Below, piece after piece: positions 43,120-52,133 of a DNA stretch of 64,000 bases. The notes under the pieces were generated by a model. That model worked only from the letters and a program-made list of their open reading frames with translations, was not told where the DNA came from and searched no databases. This DNA is from Gemmatimonadales bacterium. Its GTDB lineage: Bacteria; Gemmatimonadota; Gemmatimonadetes; Gemmatimonadales; GWC2-71-9. The stretch lies in NCBI GenBank assembly GCA_037045245.1, contig JBAOHR010000011.1:64302-128301 (forward strand). Reading direction: 5' to 3'. Within the stretch, counting starts at the first letter, position 1. Every line of letters begins with the position of its first letter. The translations under genes were made by a program, and so were the position numbers.

Positions 43120-44289
43120 ATGTCTTCCCGCCTGGCCGTATCCCCCCGCGCTGGTGCCGTACTCCTGTCCGCATGGCTGGTCGCGTGCGGCACCGACACC
43201 CTCCCGGTCGCGCCGGCCCCGGCCGACCCGGGCTATCGCTCCCTCCACGTGCAGGACGAGGCCTCCCTTGGCGTCACCGCCACAGGGATGCTGGCGGGGA
43301 TCGGCTGCGCCCCCGTCCAGGGCCGACCGGATTCCACGGCGGTGGCCATTCCGCTGCTCCCCGGCACGATCAAGTTCTACCGCTGTCCCGGCGTTCGGAC
43401 GGCCACCCTGCTGGCGACGGCGAAGGCGATCAGGGCGGTGACGGCCAGAAACCCGGTCTGGGCCTCGGCATTGACGGGCGGGGCGGGGGGATCACCCTAC
43501 TATGACTACGACCACACCGAATGCGTCTGGCAGGAGTCGAGGCCGCCGGAGTATGGCCAACGGATCAACGCCGACGGCGACTTCGAAGTCTTCGTGGTGG
43601 TGGACGCGCAGCCCGGCACGTGTGCCTGGATGGCGATCTTCAAGTACACGGTGCCCGGAGACGACGGCACCGGCGCGACACCGGGGTCGTGGGGACCTGG
43701 CACTTCCCCCGCCACGACTCCCATGACCCCCACGACCGCAACGGGCGAGCCGATCATCGGACCGCTGCTGGTTGGCGATGAGGTCCTTGGATTGCACGAT
43801 GCCGTGCCGGATTGCGCCCGTCCCCAGCGAGACCTGGGCAATCAGTGGTTCTGCTCCGGGCGTGCCCCCGGCAAGACGGAGCTCGGGCGGATCAACGCCG
43901 CCGTGAGCCGGATGCGCGCGATCGGCGGGATCTGTGCGGTGTTGGCGGATACACTCTCGAGTCTGATCGCGAGGCGGGATGGTTCGTTCCGGCTGCACGC
44001 CGGGTCCGCGGCGGGGACGGGATTCACGGATTGGAGCGTGACGCCACCCTCTTCCTGGATGACGATCCGGCAGGACATGGTGAACAACTTCTACGACGCC
44101 GAGCATGCAACCGTCCTGCAGGACAAGAACAACCCGTCGGGCCCCACCCTGCGAGTGACATTGCAGTTGATCTTGGCCCACGAGGCGGAGCATCTGCTCC
44201 CAGGCACCACTCACCTCGGCAGCACCGCGCCCCAGAAGTGGCTGCTGCCGAACACCATGCGCTGCAGTGATCTCCCCACGGAGGGTTGA
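43120..44289 (+). CDS. Lipoprotein of unknown function with a C-terminal HExxH-containing segment
   Basis: ATG 43120 with a GAGG RBS. MSSRLAVSPRAGAVLLSAWLVAC|G has a lipobox. The C-terminal LILAHEAEHLLPGTTHLGS contains HExxH. No family recognised. Confidence 0.55.
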   Translation: MSSRLAVSPRAGAVLLSAWLVACGTDTLPVAPAPADPGYRSLHVQDEASLGVTATGMLAGIGCAPVQGRPDSTAVAIPLLPGTIKFYRCPGVRTATLLATAKAIRAVTARNPVWASALTGGAGGSPYYDYDHTECVWQESRPPEYGQRINADGDFEVFVVVDAQPGTCAWMAIFKYTVPGDDGTGATPGSWGPGTSPATTPMTPTTATGEPIIGPLLVGDEVLGLHDAVPDCARPQRDLGNQWFCSGRAPGKTELGRINAAVSRMRAIGGICAVLADTLSSLIARRDGSFRLHAGSAAGTGFTDWSVTPPSSWMTIRQDMVNNFYDAEHATVLQDKNNPSGPTLRVTLQLILAHEAEHLLPGTTHLGSTAPQKWLLPNTMRCSDLPTEG

Positions 44290-44290
44290 G

Positions 44291-44905
44291 ATGCGTTCAC
44301 TTGCCGTGTTGCTCTGCACAGCCTTGACGGCGTGTGCTGGCACCTCGGTTCGTCCGTCGGGCGAGGCCGCGGGAGGGCCGGTCCCGACGCGCGGGCCGAT
44401 CGATTCGGCCCTGTACCGCGCCGCACTCCAGGTCGCCGTCACGCCTTCCGCGAAAGGCGGTGCCGTTACCGTGGCCACGCGCCAGCTCGCGGGCGACTCG
44501 TTGAGCCCCTCCGTGACCTTCGACCTCGGGAAGGCATCGGCGCCGGACGTTTCGGCCCGCGAGGCCGTCCTCCGGTCCCTCGGATTGGCCGCCTCGGACG
44601 ATGTCGGCTGGGGGCGATGCCCCGCGAGTACATCGCGTTCGGCCGATCGCGGTGGTTGCCCCCAGGGCCCCACCCGTCGCCTGGCCGTCGGCGCGCCGGC
44701 GCGGTATCCGCGTGACGTGCCGCTCGGGAGGCTGCAGTCGGCGCCGTGCCAGGCCGACGGGGCCCCGCCATGCTGGATCGTTCGCCTGCTCGAAACGTCA
44801 CTCGCTCCGGGTGGCGCCCAATCGCGGACGGAATTCCTGTACTTCCAGCAACGCGACGGCAAGTGGGTCCTGGCAGATCGGAAGCAGGGCACCACCCTGG
44901 AGTGA
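44291..44905 (+). CDS. Lipoprotein of unknown function
   Basis: ATG 44291 lies 1 nt after the upstream stop and has a GAGGG RBS. MRSLAVLLCTALTAC|AG has a lipobox. No family recognised. Confidence 0.5.
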   Translation: MRSLAVLLCTALTACAGTSVRPSGEAAGGPVPTRGPIDSALYRAALQVAVTPSAKGGAVTVATRQLAGDSLSPSVTFDLGKASAPDVSAREAVLRSLGLAASDDVGWGRCPASTSRSADRGGCPQGPTRRLAVGAPARYPRDVPLGRLQSAPCQADGAPPCWIVRLLETSLAPGGAQSRTEFLYFQQRDGKWVLADRKQGTTLE

Positions 44906-44925
44906 CGCTGGCCCCCATCGACCGA

Positions 44926-44961
44926 ACGGCGCACCGCGGAATTCTCTCCACGGTGCGCCGT
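44926..44961. terminator. Hairpin between convergent genes
   Basis: 11-bp perfect stem ACGGCGCACCG / CGGTGCGCCGT with a 14-nt loop. Confidence 0.45.
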
Positions 44962-44970
44962 CCGCCTTCT

Positions 44971-45005
44971 CCGACCTCCGACCTACGACCTACGACCTAT
45001 GACCC
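44971..45005. repeat. Heptad array 3: CCGACCT x2, ACGACCT x2, ATGACCC
   Basis: Five phased 7-nt units. The unit ACGACCT/TACGACC is the same as in the right arm of the element at 63366..63395. I found no inverted partner arm nearby. Confidence 0.85.
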
Positions 45006-45033
45006 CGCCGCCTGACGGCCGCGGCTGGGCGCC

Positions 45034-48000
45034 TCACGGCACATCATTCCAATTGATGATCGCATTGAACACCATCCCGAATTCGCCGTGGTTCTGCCAC
45101 CGGTAGATCGGGTTGTTGGCGAACAGGATCACGCGTCCCTTGCCGTTGTTGGCGCCGGGGATATCCACCGCGAACGGCCGTCCCTTGAGCGCATCGGCGC
45201 CGGTCATCAACCCTGACAGCACGGCCGCATCGCCGCCGACATAGCGGCCCAGGACGTTGCCCTGGTCGGCGACGCCGACGCGGAGGGCCGGACCGCCGAC
45301 GTACTTGAGCGGCAGCTTCGTCCCCTCGTAGCCATAGAAGACCGGGTGGAGCGGCTTGACGATCTCGCCCTCGACCAGCGGACGCTGGGCGGTGAGGCCG
45401 GTGAGCGGCTCGGTGTCGACCGTGTGCGCCCAGCCGAAGTCGATCGGCAGCCGCATCGCATCGCCCGTGGCGATCAGCGTGCCGCCCTTCGCGAGGAAAT
45501 CCGCAAAGGCATCGACGCCGGCCTGTCCCATCCCGCCCGTCATGTCATCGGTTTCGCCATACATCCCGAGGAACTGGAACTTCTCGCTCTTCTTGTACGG
45601 GATCGGCGTGGCGCCCTTGGCCTGCATCACCGTGGTCTTGCTCAGGTTCTGCTGGGCGACGAGGATCACGTCGTACTGTTCCTTCAGCTTCCCCTTCATG
45701 ACCCGTTCCTTGTAGATCAGGTCGTACGGGATGCCGAAGTTGTCGAACGTCAGCCGATACCAGCCGAGCTCCTGGGTGCCGTTCCACTGGGAGTAGATCG
45801 CCACGCGCGGCAGGTCGGCCGCGTGGGTCGCAATCGGTGGCAGCTGATTCAGCGCCTTGGCGGTGAGGCCGAACTTCTCGACGGCCGCACGCACCCGAGC
45901 CGCCGCCTTCGCGTCGGTCACCAGGAAGGTGCCGGCCGGGAACTCGACGCTGTCGACGATGAACGTCCGCTCGGTCACCTGCATGGCCACGTCGCGGAGC
46001 GCGTAGCGGAAGGCGATCATGTTGTTGGAACCGTAGTGCGCAACGGCGATGCCGGCCTTCCCCTCGCCGACGGTGCGACCACCGATGCCGTCGGTGGTCA
46101 CGGGCGTCGTCGCGGCCTTCAGGATGGTCGAGTCGGCGATCTCGCGGACCGCCACATTGAACGCCCACCCCATCGACCAGCCGCTGTCGTCGTAGGTGGT
46201 CAGCCGCGCGTCGGGGAACTGCTGCTTCTCGAGCAGGTTCTTTGCGAGCCGGCCGTACGGCTGGTCGAGCTTGATCACGTACGAGCCCGCGGCGTAGGTC
46301 GAGTCGCCCACCTTGATGGGGGCGGTCGCCACGCCGACCTCGATCCGCTGCACGCGAAGGATGCGGACCATCTCCGCCGCGCGCGTCATGTCGCGCTGCT
46401 TCGGGAGGACGTAGGCGTAGGGTGCGCGGCTCTTGCCGGCGTCCATGCCGTTGCGCGTCTTGATGTAGAAGTTCTCGACCACCGTGCCCGGAAACATCGC
46501 CGTCAGCTGCAACGCGGACAGCACGCCGGTCTGCATGTAGTTGGTGTTGGCGCGCCGGGAGAACGAGGCGACGTCGTCGAAGCCCACCGGAATGCCGCGA
46601 TACCACTCACGGTCCTGCGCACCGCCCCGGCCGGTCGGCACGCCGCCGCCAATCGGTGCACCGCCACCGCCTGCCGCGCCACGACCCCCACCAGGCGCCT
46701 GCGCCGCCCCCGGCGCTGGGGCCGGAGTCTGCGTCGCGGCACCCGGCGCCCCGGTGGGCGCTGCGCCGCGCCCTCCCGCGGGCGGCGTGGTCGCACCAGC
46801 TGCCGGCGGCGTGACCGCACCTCCTGCCGGCGGGGTGACTGCACCTCCTGCAGGTGGCGTGACCGCACCGCCAGCCGGTGGCGTCACCGGCGCTGCCGCA
46901 CCCGCTCCGCCACGGCCACCGCCCGGGGCAGGGGCGGCACCACCCGCCGCCGCTGGCGCGTTGCCCGCTCCGCGCCCACCGCGCCCGGTGCCGGCCGCTG
47001 CGGCGGTGGTGTCGAGGTCACGCCCCGACTGCGTCTCGTACATCTTCATCAGGCCGTTGTGGTTGTAGGCGATCGAGCCGAGGTACCCTGGCGACCAGCC
47101 GTCCATGAAGGCGTAGGTGTAGACGCCCGGCATCCCCCACTTGGTCATCTGCGCCATTTCGTAGTTGGCGAACCAGGGAAGCTCGGCGAAGAGCAGCGGG
47201 TCGAGATTGGGATTCTGGGGCGCCGCGCCGCTGTAGGTGTACATCAGCGTGAGCGATTCGTGCAGGTCGTGCATGATCGGCGGATGCGCCGTGAAGTACC
47301 AGTCGGCGATCGCGCGCATCTGCACCAGCGAGAGATTGATGTCGCGGTTGTTGTCGTGGAAGGCGTACTTCCCCCAGTAGGGGACCGACCCGCCGCCGCG
47401 GCCACCCCCGGCCGGTGCCGCGGGCGCACCCGGTGCGGCGTTCGCCGCGGCCGCCGCGGCGGCGCGCTGGACATCGAGCCCGCGATAGAACCAGTCGACG
47501 TTCCGGTCTCGGCCGTCGGCATCAGCGGCAGGCGTCACCGACACGTACACGTTGTTGCGGATCTGCTCGATCACCGGCGACGTCTCGGTCGCGAGGCGAT
47601 AGACGAGCTCCATCAGCATTTCGGACGGCCCGGTTTCGCCGCTGTGCAGCCCGCCCATCAGGTGATAGTGCGGCTTGGTCGAGGCGATCAACTCACGGAT
47701 CTCGGCGTCGCTCCGGCCGCGCGGGTCGGCGATCTTCGCCAGCTGGTCGCGGTTCTGCTGCAGCTTCGCCATGTTCGCGTCCGACGACACCCACACCACC
47801 ACCAGCTCGCGTCCCTCGTCGGAGCGCCCGATCGTCTCGACGCGCACCCGCGGCGTTGCCGCGGCGAGGGCGCGGTAGTACTTCAGCTGATCGGCGTAGT
47901 AGGTGAGCGTGCGCGGCGCGCCGACGTGATGCCCGATGATGTCCGCAGGGGAGGGGATCCCCTTCACGATCGGCAGGTGATCTACCAGCGGGGAGCCGAA

Positions 48001-48162
48001 CTTCGCCTTCCCGGTCCACAACGTGTAGAGCCGGGCAAAGGCGGTGTCCTGCGTCTGTGCGGGATCGCGGGTGCCGAGGGCGGCCTGCCCCGCGAGCGGG
48101 GCGGCGCCGACCAGCGCCAGGGCGAGAACACAACGAGACAGCGGGACGCGGGACAGGGACAT
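45034..48162 (-). CDS. Secreted M14-family zinc carboxypeptidase-like protein with large low-complexity Gly/Ala/Pro insertions
   Basis: I chose ATG 48162 (MSLSRVPLSRCVLALALVGAAPLAGQA signal peptide, GGAG RBS). ..KPHYHLMGGLHSGETGPSEMLMELVYRL contains the HxxE zinc motif of M14. A roughly 140-aa G/A/P-rich insert includes VTPPAGGA x4. Confidence 0.8.
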   Translation of the reverse strand: MSLSRVPLSRCVLALALVGAAPLAGQAALGTRDPAQTQDTAFARLYTLWTGKAKFGSPLVDHLPIVKGIPSPADIIGHHVGAPRTLTYYADQLKYYRALAAATPRVRVETIGRSDEGRELVVVWVSSDANMAKLQQNRDQLAKIADPRGRSDAEIRELIASTKPHYHLMGGLHSGETGPSEMLMELVYRLATETSPVIEQIRNNVYVSVTPAADADGRDRNVDWFYRGLDVQRAAAAAAANAAPGAPAAPAGGGRGGGSVPYWGKYAFHDNNRDINLSLVQMRAIADWYFTAHPPIMHDLHESLTLMYTYSGAAPQNPNLDPLLFAELPWFANYEMAQMTKWGMPGVYTYAFMDGWSPGYLGSIAYNHNGLMKMYETQSGRDLDTTAAAAGTGRGGRGAGNAPAAAGGAAPAPGGGRGGAGAAAPVTPPAGGAVTPPAGGAVTPPAGGAVTPPAAGATTPPAGGRGAAPTGAPGAATQTPAPAPGAAQAPGGGRGAAGGGGAPIGGGVPTGRGGAQDREWYRGIPVGFDDVASFSRRANTNYMQTGVLSALQLTAMFPGTVVENFYIKTRNGMDAGKSRAPYAYVLPKQRDMTRAAEMVRILRVQRIEVGVATAPIKVGDSTYAAGSYVIKLDQPYGRLAKNLLEKQQFPDARLTTYDDSGWSMGWAFNVAVREIADSTILKAATTPVTTDGIGGRTVGEGKAGIAVAHYGSNNMIAFRYALRDVAMQVTERTFIVDSVEFPAGTFLVTDAKAAARVRAAVEKFGLTAKALNQLPPIATHAADLPRVAIYSQWNGTQELGWYRLTFDNFGIPYDLIYKERVMKGKLKEQYDVILVAQQNLSKTTVMQAKGATPIPYKKSEKFQFLGMYGETDDMTGGMGQAGVDAFADFLAKGGTLIATGDAMRLPIDFGWAHTVDTEPLTGLTAQRPLVEGEIVKPLHPVFYGYEGTKLPLKYVGGPALRVGVADQGNVLGRYVGGDAAVLSGLMTGADALKGRPFAVDIPGANNGKGRVILFANNPIYRWQNHGEFGMVFNAIINWNDVP
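46781..46900. repeat. In-frame 24-nt tandem repeat (about 5 copies) inside the M14 peptidase gene
   Basis: Plus-strand unit GGCGGCGTGACCGCACCTCCTGCC and variants, encoding (A)GGAVTPP repeats on the minus strand. Confidence 0.8.
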
Positions 48163-48261
48163 CGCGGGACTCCGGGGCCGGCGGGTGATCGCGGGGCATG
48201 ATGGGGGGGAACCCCGCAAATCTACTCGCCGACCGCCGGTTCTTCACGCCCCCCGGCGGGG

Positions 48262-49470
48262 TCACCCTCCCGCGGTGCGTCCCTTCATGGCGGCCACGCG
48301 CTGCGGCAGGCCGAAGAGCCGGATGAAGCCGGCCGCGTCGGACTGCTGATAGACGTTGTCCTCGCCGAACGTCACGGTGGCCTCGTCGTAGAGCGAGTGC
48401 GGCGACGTGCGACCGATGACCCGGCAAGACCCCTTGTAGAGCCGGACCGTGACATCCCCCGTCACGCGCGCCTGGGTCACACCGATGAAGGCGTCGTAGG
48501 CGTCGCGCTCGGTGGTCCACCAACGGCCCTCGTAGACGAGTGCCGCGTATCGTGGCGCGATGACATCCTTGGCGTCGAGGGTGCGCCGATCGAGCACCAG
48601 CTGCTCCAGCTCCGAGTGCGCGGCATAGAGGATGGTGCCACCGGGCGTCTCGTACACGCCGCGCGACTTCATCCCGACCAGCCGATCCTCGACGATGTCG
48701 GCGCGTCCGACCCCATGGCAGCCACCGATCGTGTTGAGCCGCTCGAGCAGGGCAACCGCGCCGAGGCGCTCCCCGTTCACGGCGACGGGCGTCCCCGCCT
48801 CGAAACCGATCACGATCTCCTCGGGGGTGTCCGGAGCCAGGCGCGGGTCGGTGGTCATCAGGAACATCTCCTCGACCGGGGCCGAGGCGGGGTCCTCGAG
48901 GTTGCCCCCCTCGTGGGAGACGTGCCAGAGGTTCCGGTCGCGGGAGAAGATCTTCTCCTTCGTTGCCACCACGGGGACGTGGTGCTCGGCGGCATAGCGG
49001 AGCGCGTCCTCGCGCGAGCGGATGGTCCAGACCCGCCAGGGGGCGATCACCTCCAGTTCGGGGGCAAACGCCATGTAGGTGAGCTCGAAGCGGACCTGGT
49101 CGTTGCCCTTGCCAGTGCAGCCGTGGGCGAGGGCGTCGGCCCCGACCTGCCGGGCCACCTCGACCTGGGCCTTGGCGATCAGCGGCCTGGCCATCGAGGT
49201 CCCCAGCAGGTAGGTCCGGTTGTAGATCGCCCCGGCACGGAGGGTGGGGAAGGCGAAGTCGCGGACGAACTCCTCACGGAGGTCGAGGATGTGGCATTCG
49301 TCCGCCCCGGAGGCGATCGCCTTCTCGCGGACGCCGCTGAGTTCATCGCCCTGCCCGATGTCGGCCGCCACGCAGACCACCTTGGCGCCGGGGTACTGTT
49401 CCCGGAGCCAGGGGACGATGATCGAGGTATCGAGTCCGCCGGAGTAGGCGAGGGCGATGGTGCGCGGCAT
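48262..49470 (-). CDS. argG: Argininosuccinate synthase
   Basis: IALAYSGGLDTS....WL.....A.V...ADIGQG.E; ..AHGCTGKGNDQVRFE; full-length type I ArgG. Confidence 0.95.
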   Translation of the reverse strand: MPRTIALAYSGGLDTSIIVPWLREQYPGAKVVCVAADIGQGDELSGVREKAIASGADECHILDLREEFVRDFAFPTLRAGAIYNRTYLLGTSMARPLIAKAQVEVARQVGADALAHGCTGKGNDQVRFELTYMAFAPELEVIAPWRVWTIRSREDALRYAAEHHVPVVATKEKIFSRDRNLWHVSHEGGNLEDPASAPVEEMFLMTTDPRLAPDTPEEIVIGFEAGTPVAVNGERLGAVALLERLNTIGGCHGVGRADIVEDRLVGMKSRGVYETPGGTILYAAHSELEQLVLDRRTLDAKDVIAPRYAALVYEGRWWTTERDAYDAFIGVTQARVTGDVTVRLYKGSCRVIGRTSPHSLYDEATVTFGEDNVYQQSDAAGFIRLFGLPQRVAAMKGRTAGG

Positions 49471-49608
49471 GAATGGCTCCCGGACGGCGGGCGGTGAGTG
49501 GGGGCGTGAACGGGCGGAGTATGGGCCGAATGGGGCGGTGCGGCAAGCCGCCTCTGCCGGATGAGTGCCTGCTCACTTGGACGTGGCGTGTCCCTCCCGA
49601 CATCTCGT

Positions 49609-49626
49609 GGTGAGCAAATGCTCACC
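49609..49626. promoter_or_regulatory. Perfect 8-2-8 palindrome GGTGAGCA-AA-TGCTCACC in the argG/mreB divergent intergenic region (candidate operator)
   Basis: Read directly from the sequence. A related half-site, TGCTCAC, occurs at 49570..49576. Confidence 0.3.
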
Positions 49627-49732
49627 GCACTCTCCAAGCTGGCTCCGGACAAGCGGTTGCGCGTGGTCTGCACCGCGGTCACTTTAGGTCAGGCACTTGG
49701 CCCGTTTTCGACCCGACCTGGCGGTTTGCCCC

Positions 49733-50764
49733 GTGAAATTTCCCTCCTTCGGCTCCCTGCTCCCCGCCAACGAGATCGCCGTCGATCTCGGCACCGCGAA
49801 CACCCTCATCTATGTGAAGGGCGAGGGGATCGTGTTGAACGAGCCCTCCGTCGTCGCGATCGAGAAGGCGACCGGGCGCGTGAAGGGGATCGGACTCGAG
49901 GCGAAGCGGATGCTCGGGCGGACACCCGATGGCATCATCGCGGTGCGCCCGATGCGCGACGGCGTCATCGCCGACTTCGACGTCACCGAGAAGATGCTGC
50001 GCTACTTCCTCAAGACGATCATCGACAAGCATTTCTTCCGCGTGAAGCCGAAGGTGATCGTCGCGGTGCCGTCGGGGATCACCGAGGTCGAACGACGCGC
50101 GGTGCGCGATTCCGCGGAGACGGCCGGTGCGAAGCAGGTGCTCATGGTGGCGGAACCGATGGCGGCGGCGATCGGCGTCGGACTGCCGGTCGAGACGCCG
50201 ACCGGCAACATGGTCATCGACATCGGCGGCGGCACGACCGAGATCGCCGTCATCGCGCTCTCCGGCATCGTCTCCGACACCTCGATCCGCATCGGCGGCG
50301 ACGAGCTCGATCAGGCGATCGTGATGTTCATGCGCAAGAACTACAACCTGCTCGTCGGCGAGCCGACGGCGGAGCTGATCAAGATCAAGGTCGGCTCGGC
50401 CTTCACGCTGAGCGAGGAACGCGAGATGGAAGTGAAGGGCCGCGACCTCGTCTCGGGCATCCCGAAGACGGTGCGCGTCCATTCGAGCGAGATCCGCGAG
50501 GCAGTGCAGGAGCCGGTCCAGCAGATTGTCGATGCGGTGCGCCGGGCGTTGGAGATCACCCCGCCGGAACTCTCCTCCGACATCGTCGATCGCGGCATCG
50601 TCATGACTGGCGGTGGCGCGCTGATCCGCGGCCTCGACATGCTGCTCCAGCAGGAGACCGGCCTCCCGATCCACGTCGACGAGGATCCGCTGACCTGCGT
50701 CGTCCGCGGCACCGGCCGGATCCTGGACGACTTCGAGAAGTACCGCAGCGTTCTCGTGACCTGA
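49733..50764 (+). CDS. mreB: Rod shape-determining protein MreB
   Basis: (V)KFPSFGSLLPANEIAVDLGTANTLIYVKGEGIVLNEPSVVA is the canonical MreB N-terminus. GTG 49733 is preferred over TTG 49697. Confidence 0.9.
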   Translation: MKFPSFGSLLPANEIAVDLGTANTLIYVKGEGIVLNEPSVVAIEKATGRVKGIGLEAKRMLGRTPDGIIAVRPMRDGVIADFDVTEKMLRYFLKTIIDKHFFRVKPKVIVAVPSGITEVERRAVRDSAETAGAKQVLMVAEPMAAAIGVGLPVETPTGNMVIDIGGGTTEIAVIALSGIVSDTSIRIGGDELDQAIVMFMRKNYNLLVGEPTAELIKIKVGSAFTLSEEREMEVKGRDLVSGIPKTVRVHSSEIREAVQEPVQQIVDAVRRALEITPPELSSDIVDRGIVMTGGGALIRGLDMLLQQETGLPIHVDEDPLTCVVRGTGRILDDFEKYRSVLVT

Positions 50765-50766
50765 CG

Positions 50767-51609
50767 ATGCGGCGCCGCGCCGGTCGTGAGACTCCCCGCG
50801 GCGACCTCTTCCTGTTCGCAGGATGCGTCGCCCTGTCCCTGATCGCGCTCGCCCTGCCGCGCCCCTGGGCCCAGGGGCTCACGGCGGCCCTCCGCAACAC
50901 CGCGTTCCGCCCGATGGTCGCCCTCCAGAACCGCGCCGCCGAAGACCTCACCGCCCGCTTCCGCCTCAAGGGGATCCAGCAGCAGCGCGACTCGCTCGCG
51001 CTGGTGATCCAGCAGCAGGGGGCCCTCCGCCAGGAGAATGACAATCTCCGCTCGCTCGTGGCGCTGCGGCAGCGACTGGTGCATCCCTACGTCGCGGCCG
51101 AAGTGCTGCATCGGCCCGCGTCGACCGAGGGCCGGATGCTGCTGGTTGGTGCCGGGCTCAGTGTCGGGGTCGACTCGTTCGCGGCGGTGGTCACCGCGGA
51201 CGGCCTGCTTGGCGCCATCTGGAATGCAGGCCCGACGACCAGCAGCGTCATGACCTGGTCCCACCCGGAGTTCCGCGCCTCGGCCGTCACCGGGGACGGA
51301 CGGATCCTGGGACTGGTGCAGCCCTCGCCCGCCATGGAAGGCCGGCAACCGCTGCTCGAGCTCCGGGGCGTGGCGCTCCGCGACTCCCTCGCCCTCGGCA
51401 CCAAGGTCTTCACCTCGGGTCTCGGTGGCGTCTTTCCGCGCGGGATCCCGATCGGGGTGGTCGCGCGGATCGGCCGGGACGAGCTTGGCTACGAGCGCGT
51501 CTACCTCATCCGCCCGTTCGTGAACCCTGGGGTCGTGTCGCACGTGCTGATCCTCACGGCCCCGCGGGATTCGACCTTCCTCCCCCTGCCTGGCGCCGAG
51601 GGGCCCTGA
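50767..51609 (+). CDS. mreC: Rod shape-determining protein MreC
   Basis: N-terminal TM, coiled-coil (LKGIQQQRDSLALVIQQQGALRQENDNLRSL), and C-terminal ..VFTSGLGGVFPRGIPIGVV. Position between mreB and mreD. Confidence 0.85.
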   Translation: MRRRAGRETPRGDLFLFAGCVALSLIALALPRPWAQGLTAALRNTAFRPMVALQNRAAEDLTARFRLKGIQQQRDSLALVIQQQGALRQENDNLRSLVALRQRLVHPYVAAEVLHRPASTEGRMLLVGAGLSVGVDSFAAVVTADGLLGAIWNAGPTTSSVMTWSHPEFRASAVTGDGRILGLVQPSPAMEGRQPLLELRGVALRDSLALGTKVFTSGLGGVFPRGIPIGVVARIGRDELGYERVYLIRPFVNPGVVSHVLILTAPRDSTFLPLPGAEGP

Positions 51610-52133
51610 TGGTATCCCGGCCGTCCGACCGCCGCCGTCGCACCCGCACGACCGATCGGGTGCGGGTCGCACTGGTGGTGCTCCTGCTGCTCTTCGCGGA
51701 CGCCTACCTGTTGCCCTCGGTCGTGACAGGGCCCTGGGTGCCCGATCTGCTGCTCCTCGCGCTCCTGCTGTTGGCCATCCGTCAGCCGCCGGGCACCGCG
51801 GCCGTGATCGGTTTTGCCGTCGGCCTCGTGGCAGACGTGCTCACGCCGGCGCATTTCGGGGCGGGGATCCTTGCGCACGTCCTGGTCGGTTGGGGCGCCT
51901 CGTGGGGCCGCTCGGTCTTCTTCGCCGACAACCTCTTCGTGAACGCGGCCCTCTTCGCCGTCGGTACCTGGGTGCGCAACCTGATCGTGCTGCTGCTCAG
52001 CGGGACCGCCGCGTCCTCGCTGCTGGTGCAACTCACGGTCTGGTCGCCGTTGCAGGGCCTCAGCACGGCCGCGGTTGGGGTGCTCGTCGTCGTCCTCTTC
52101 CGCGACTGGCTCGCGATCCGCATCGAACCGTGA
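51609..52133 (+). CDS. mreD: Rod shape-determining protein MreD
   Basis: Small polytopic membrane protein between mreC and mrdA. TGATG overlap with mreC. Confidence 0.7.
   Translation: MVSRPSDRRRRTRTTDRVRVALVVLLLLFADAYLLPSVVTGPWVPDLLLLALLLLAIRQPPGTAAVIGFAVGLVADVLTPAHFGAGILAHVLVGWGASWGRSVFFADNLFVNAALFAVGTWVRNLIVLLLSGTAASSLLVQLTVWSPLQGLSTAAVGVLVVVLFRDWLAIRIEP

Noticed and set aside
49470-49733. A small ncRNA or small ORF in the 263-nt argG-mreB intergenic region.
   Set aside because: There is no terminator-like structure or conserved motif apart from the palindrome reported separately. ORF 49561..51609 only extends the mreC frame backwards through mreB in another frame, and ORF 49343..49603(-) is a short Arg/Pro-rich alternate-frame ORF overlapping the argG 5' end. 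Both are artefacts.
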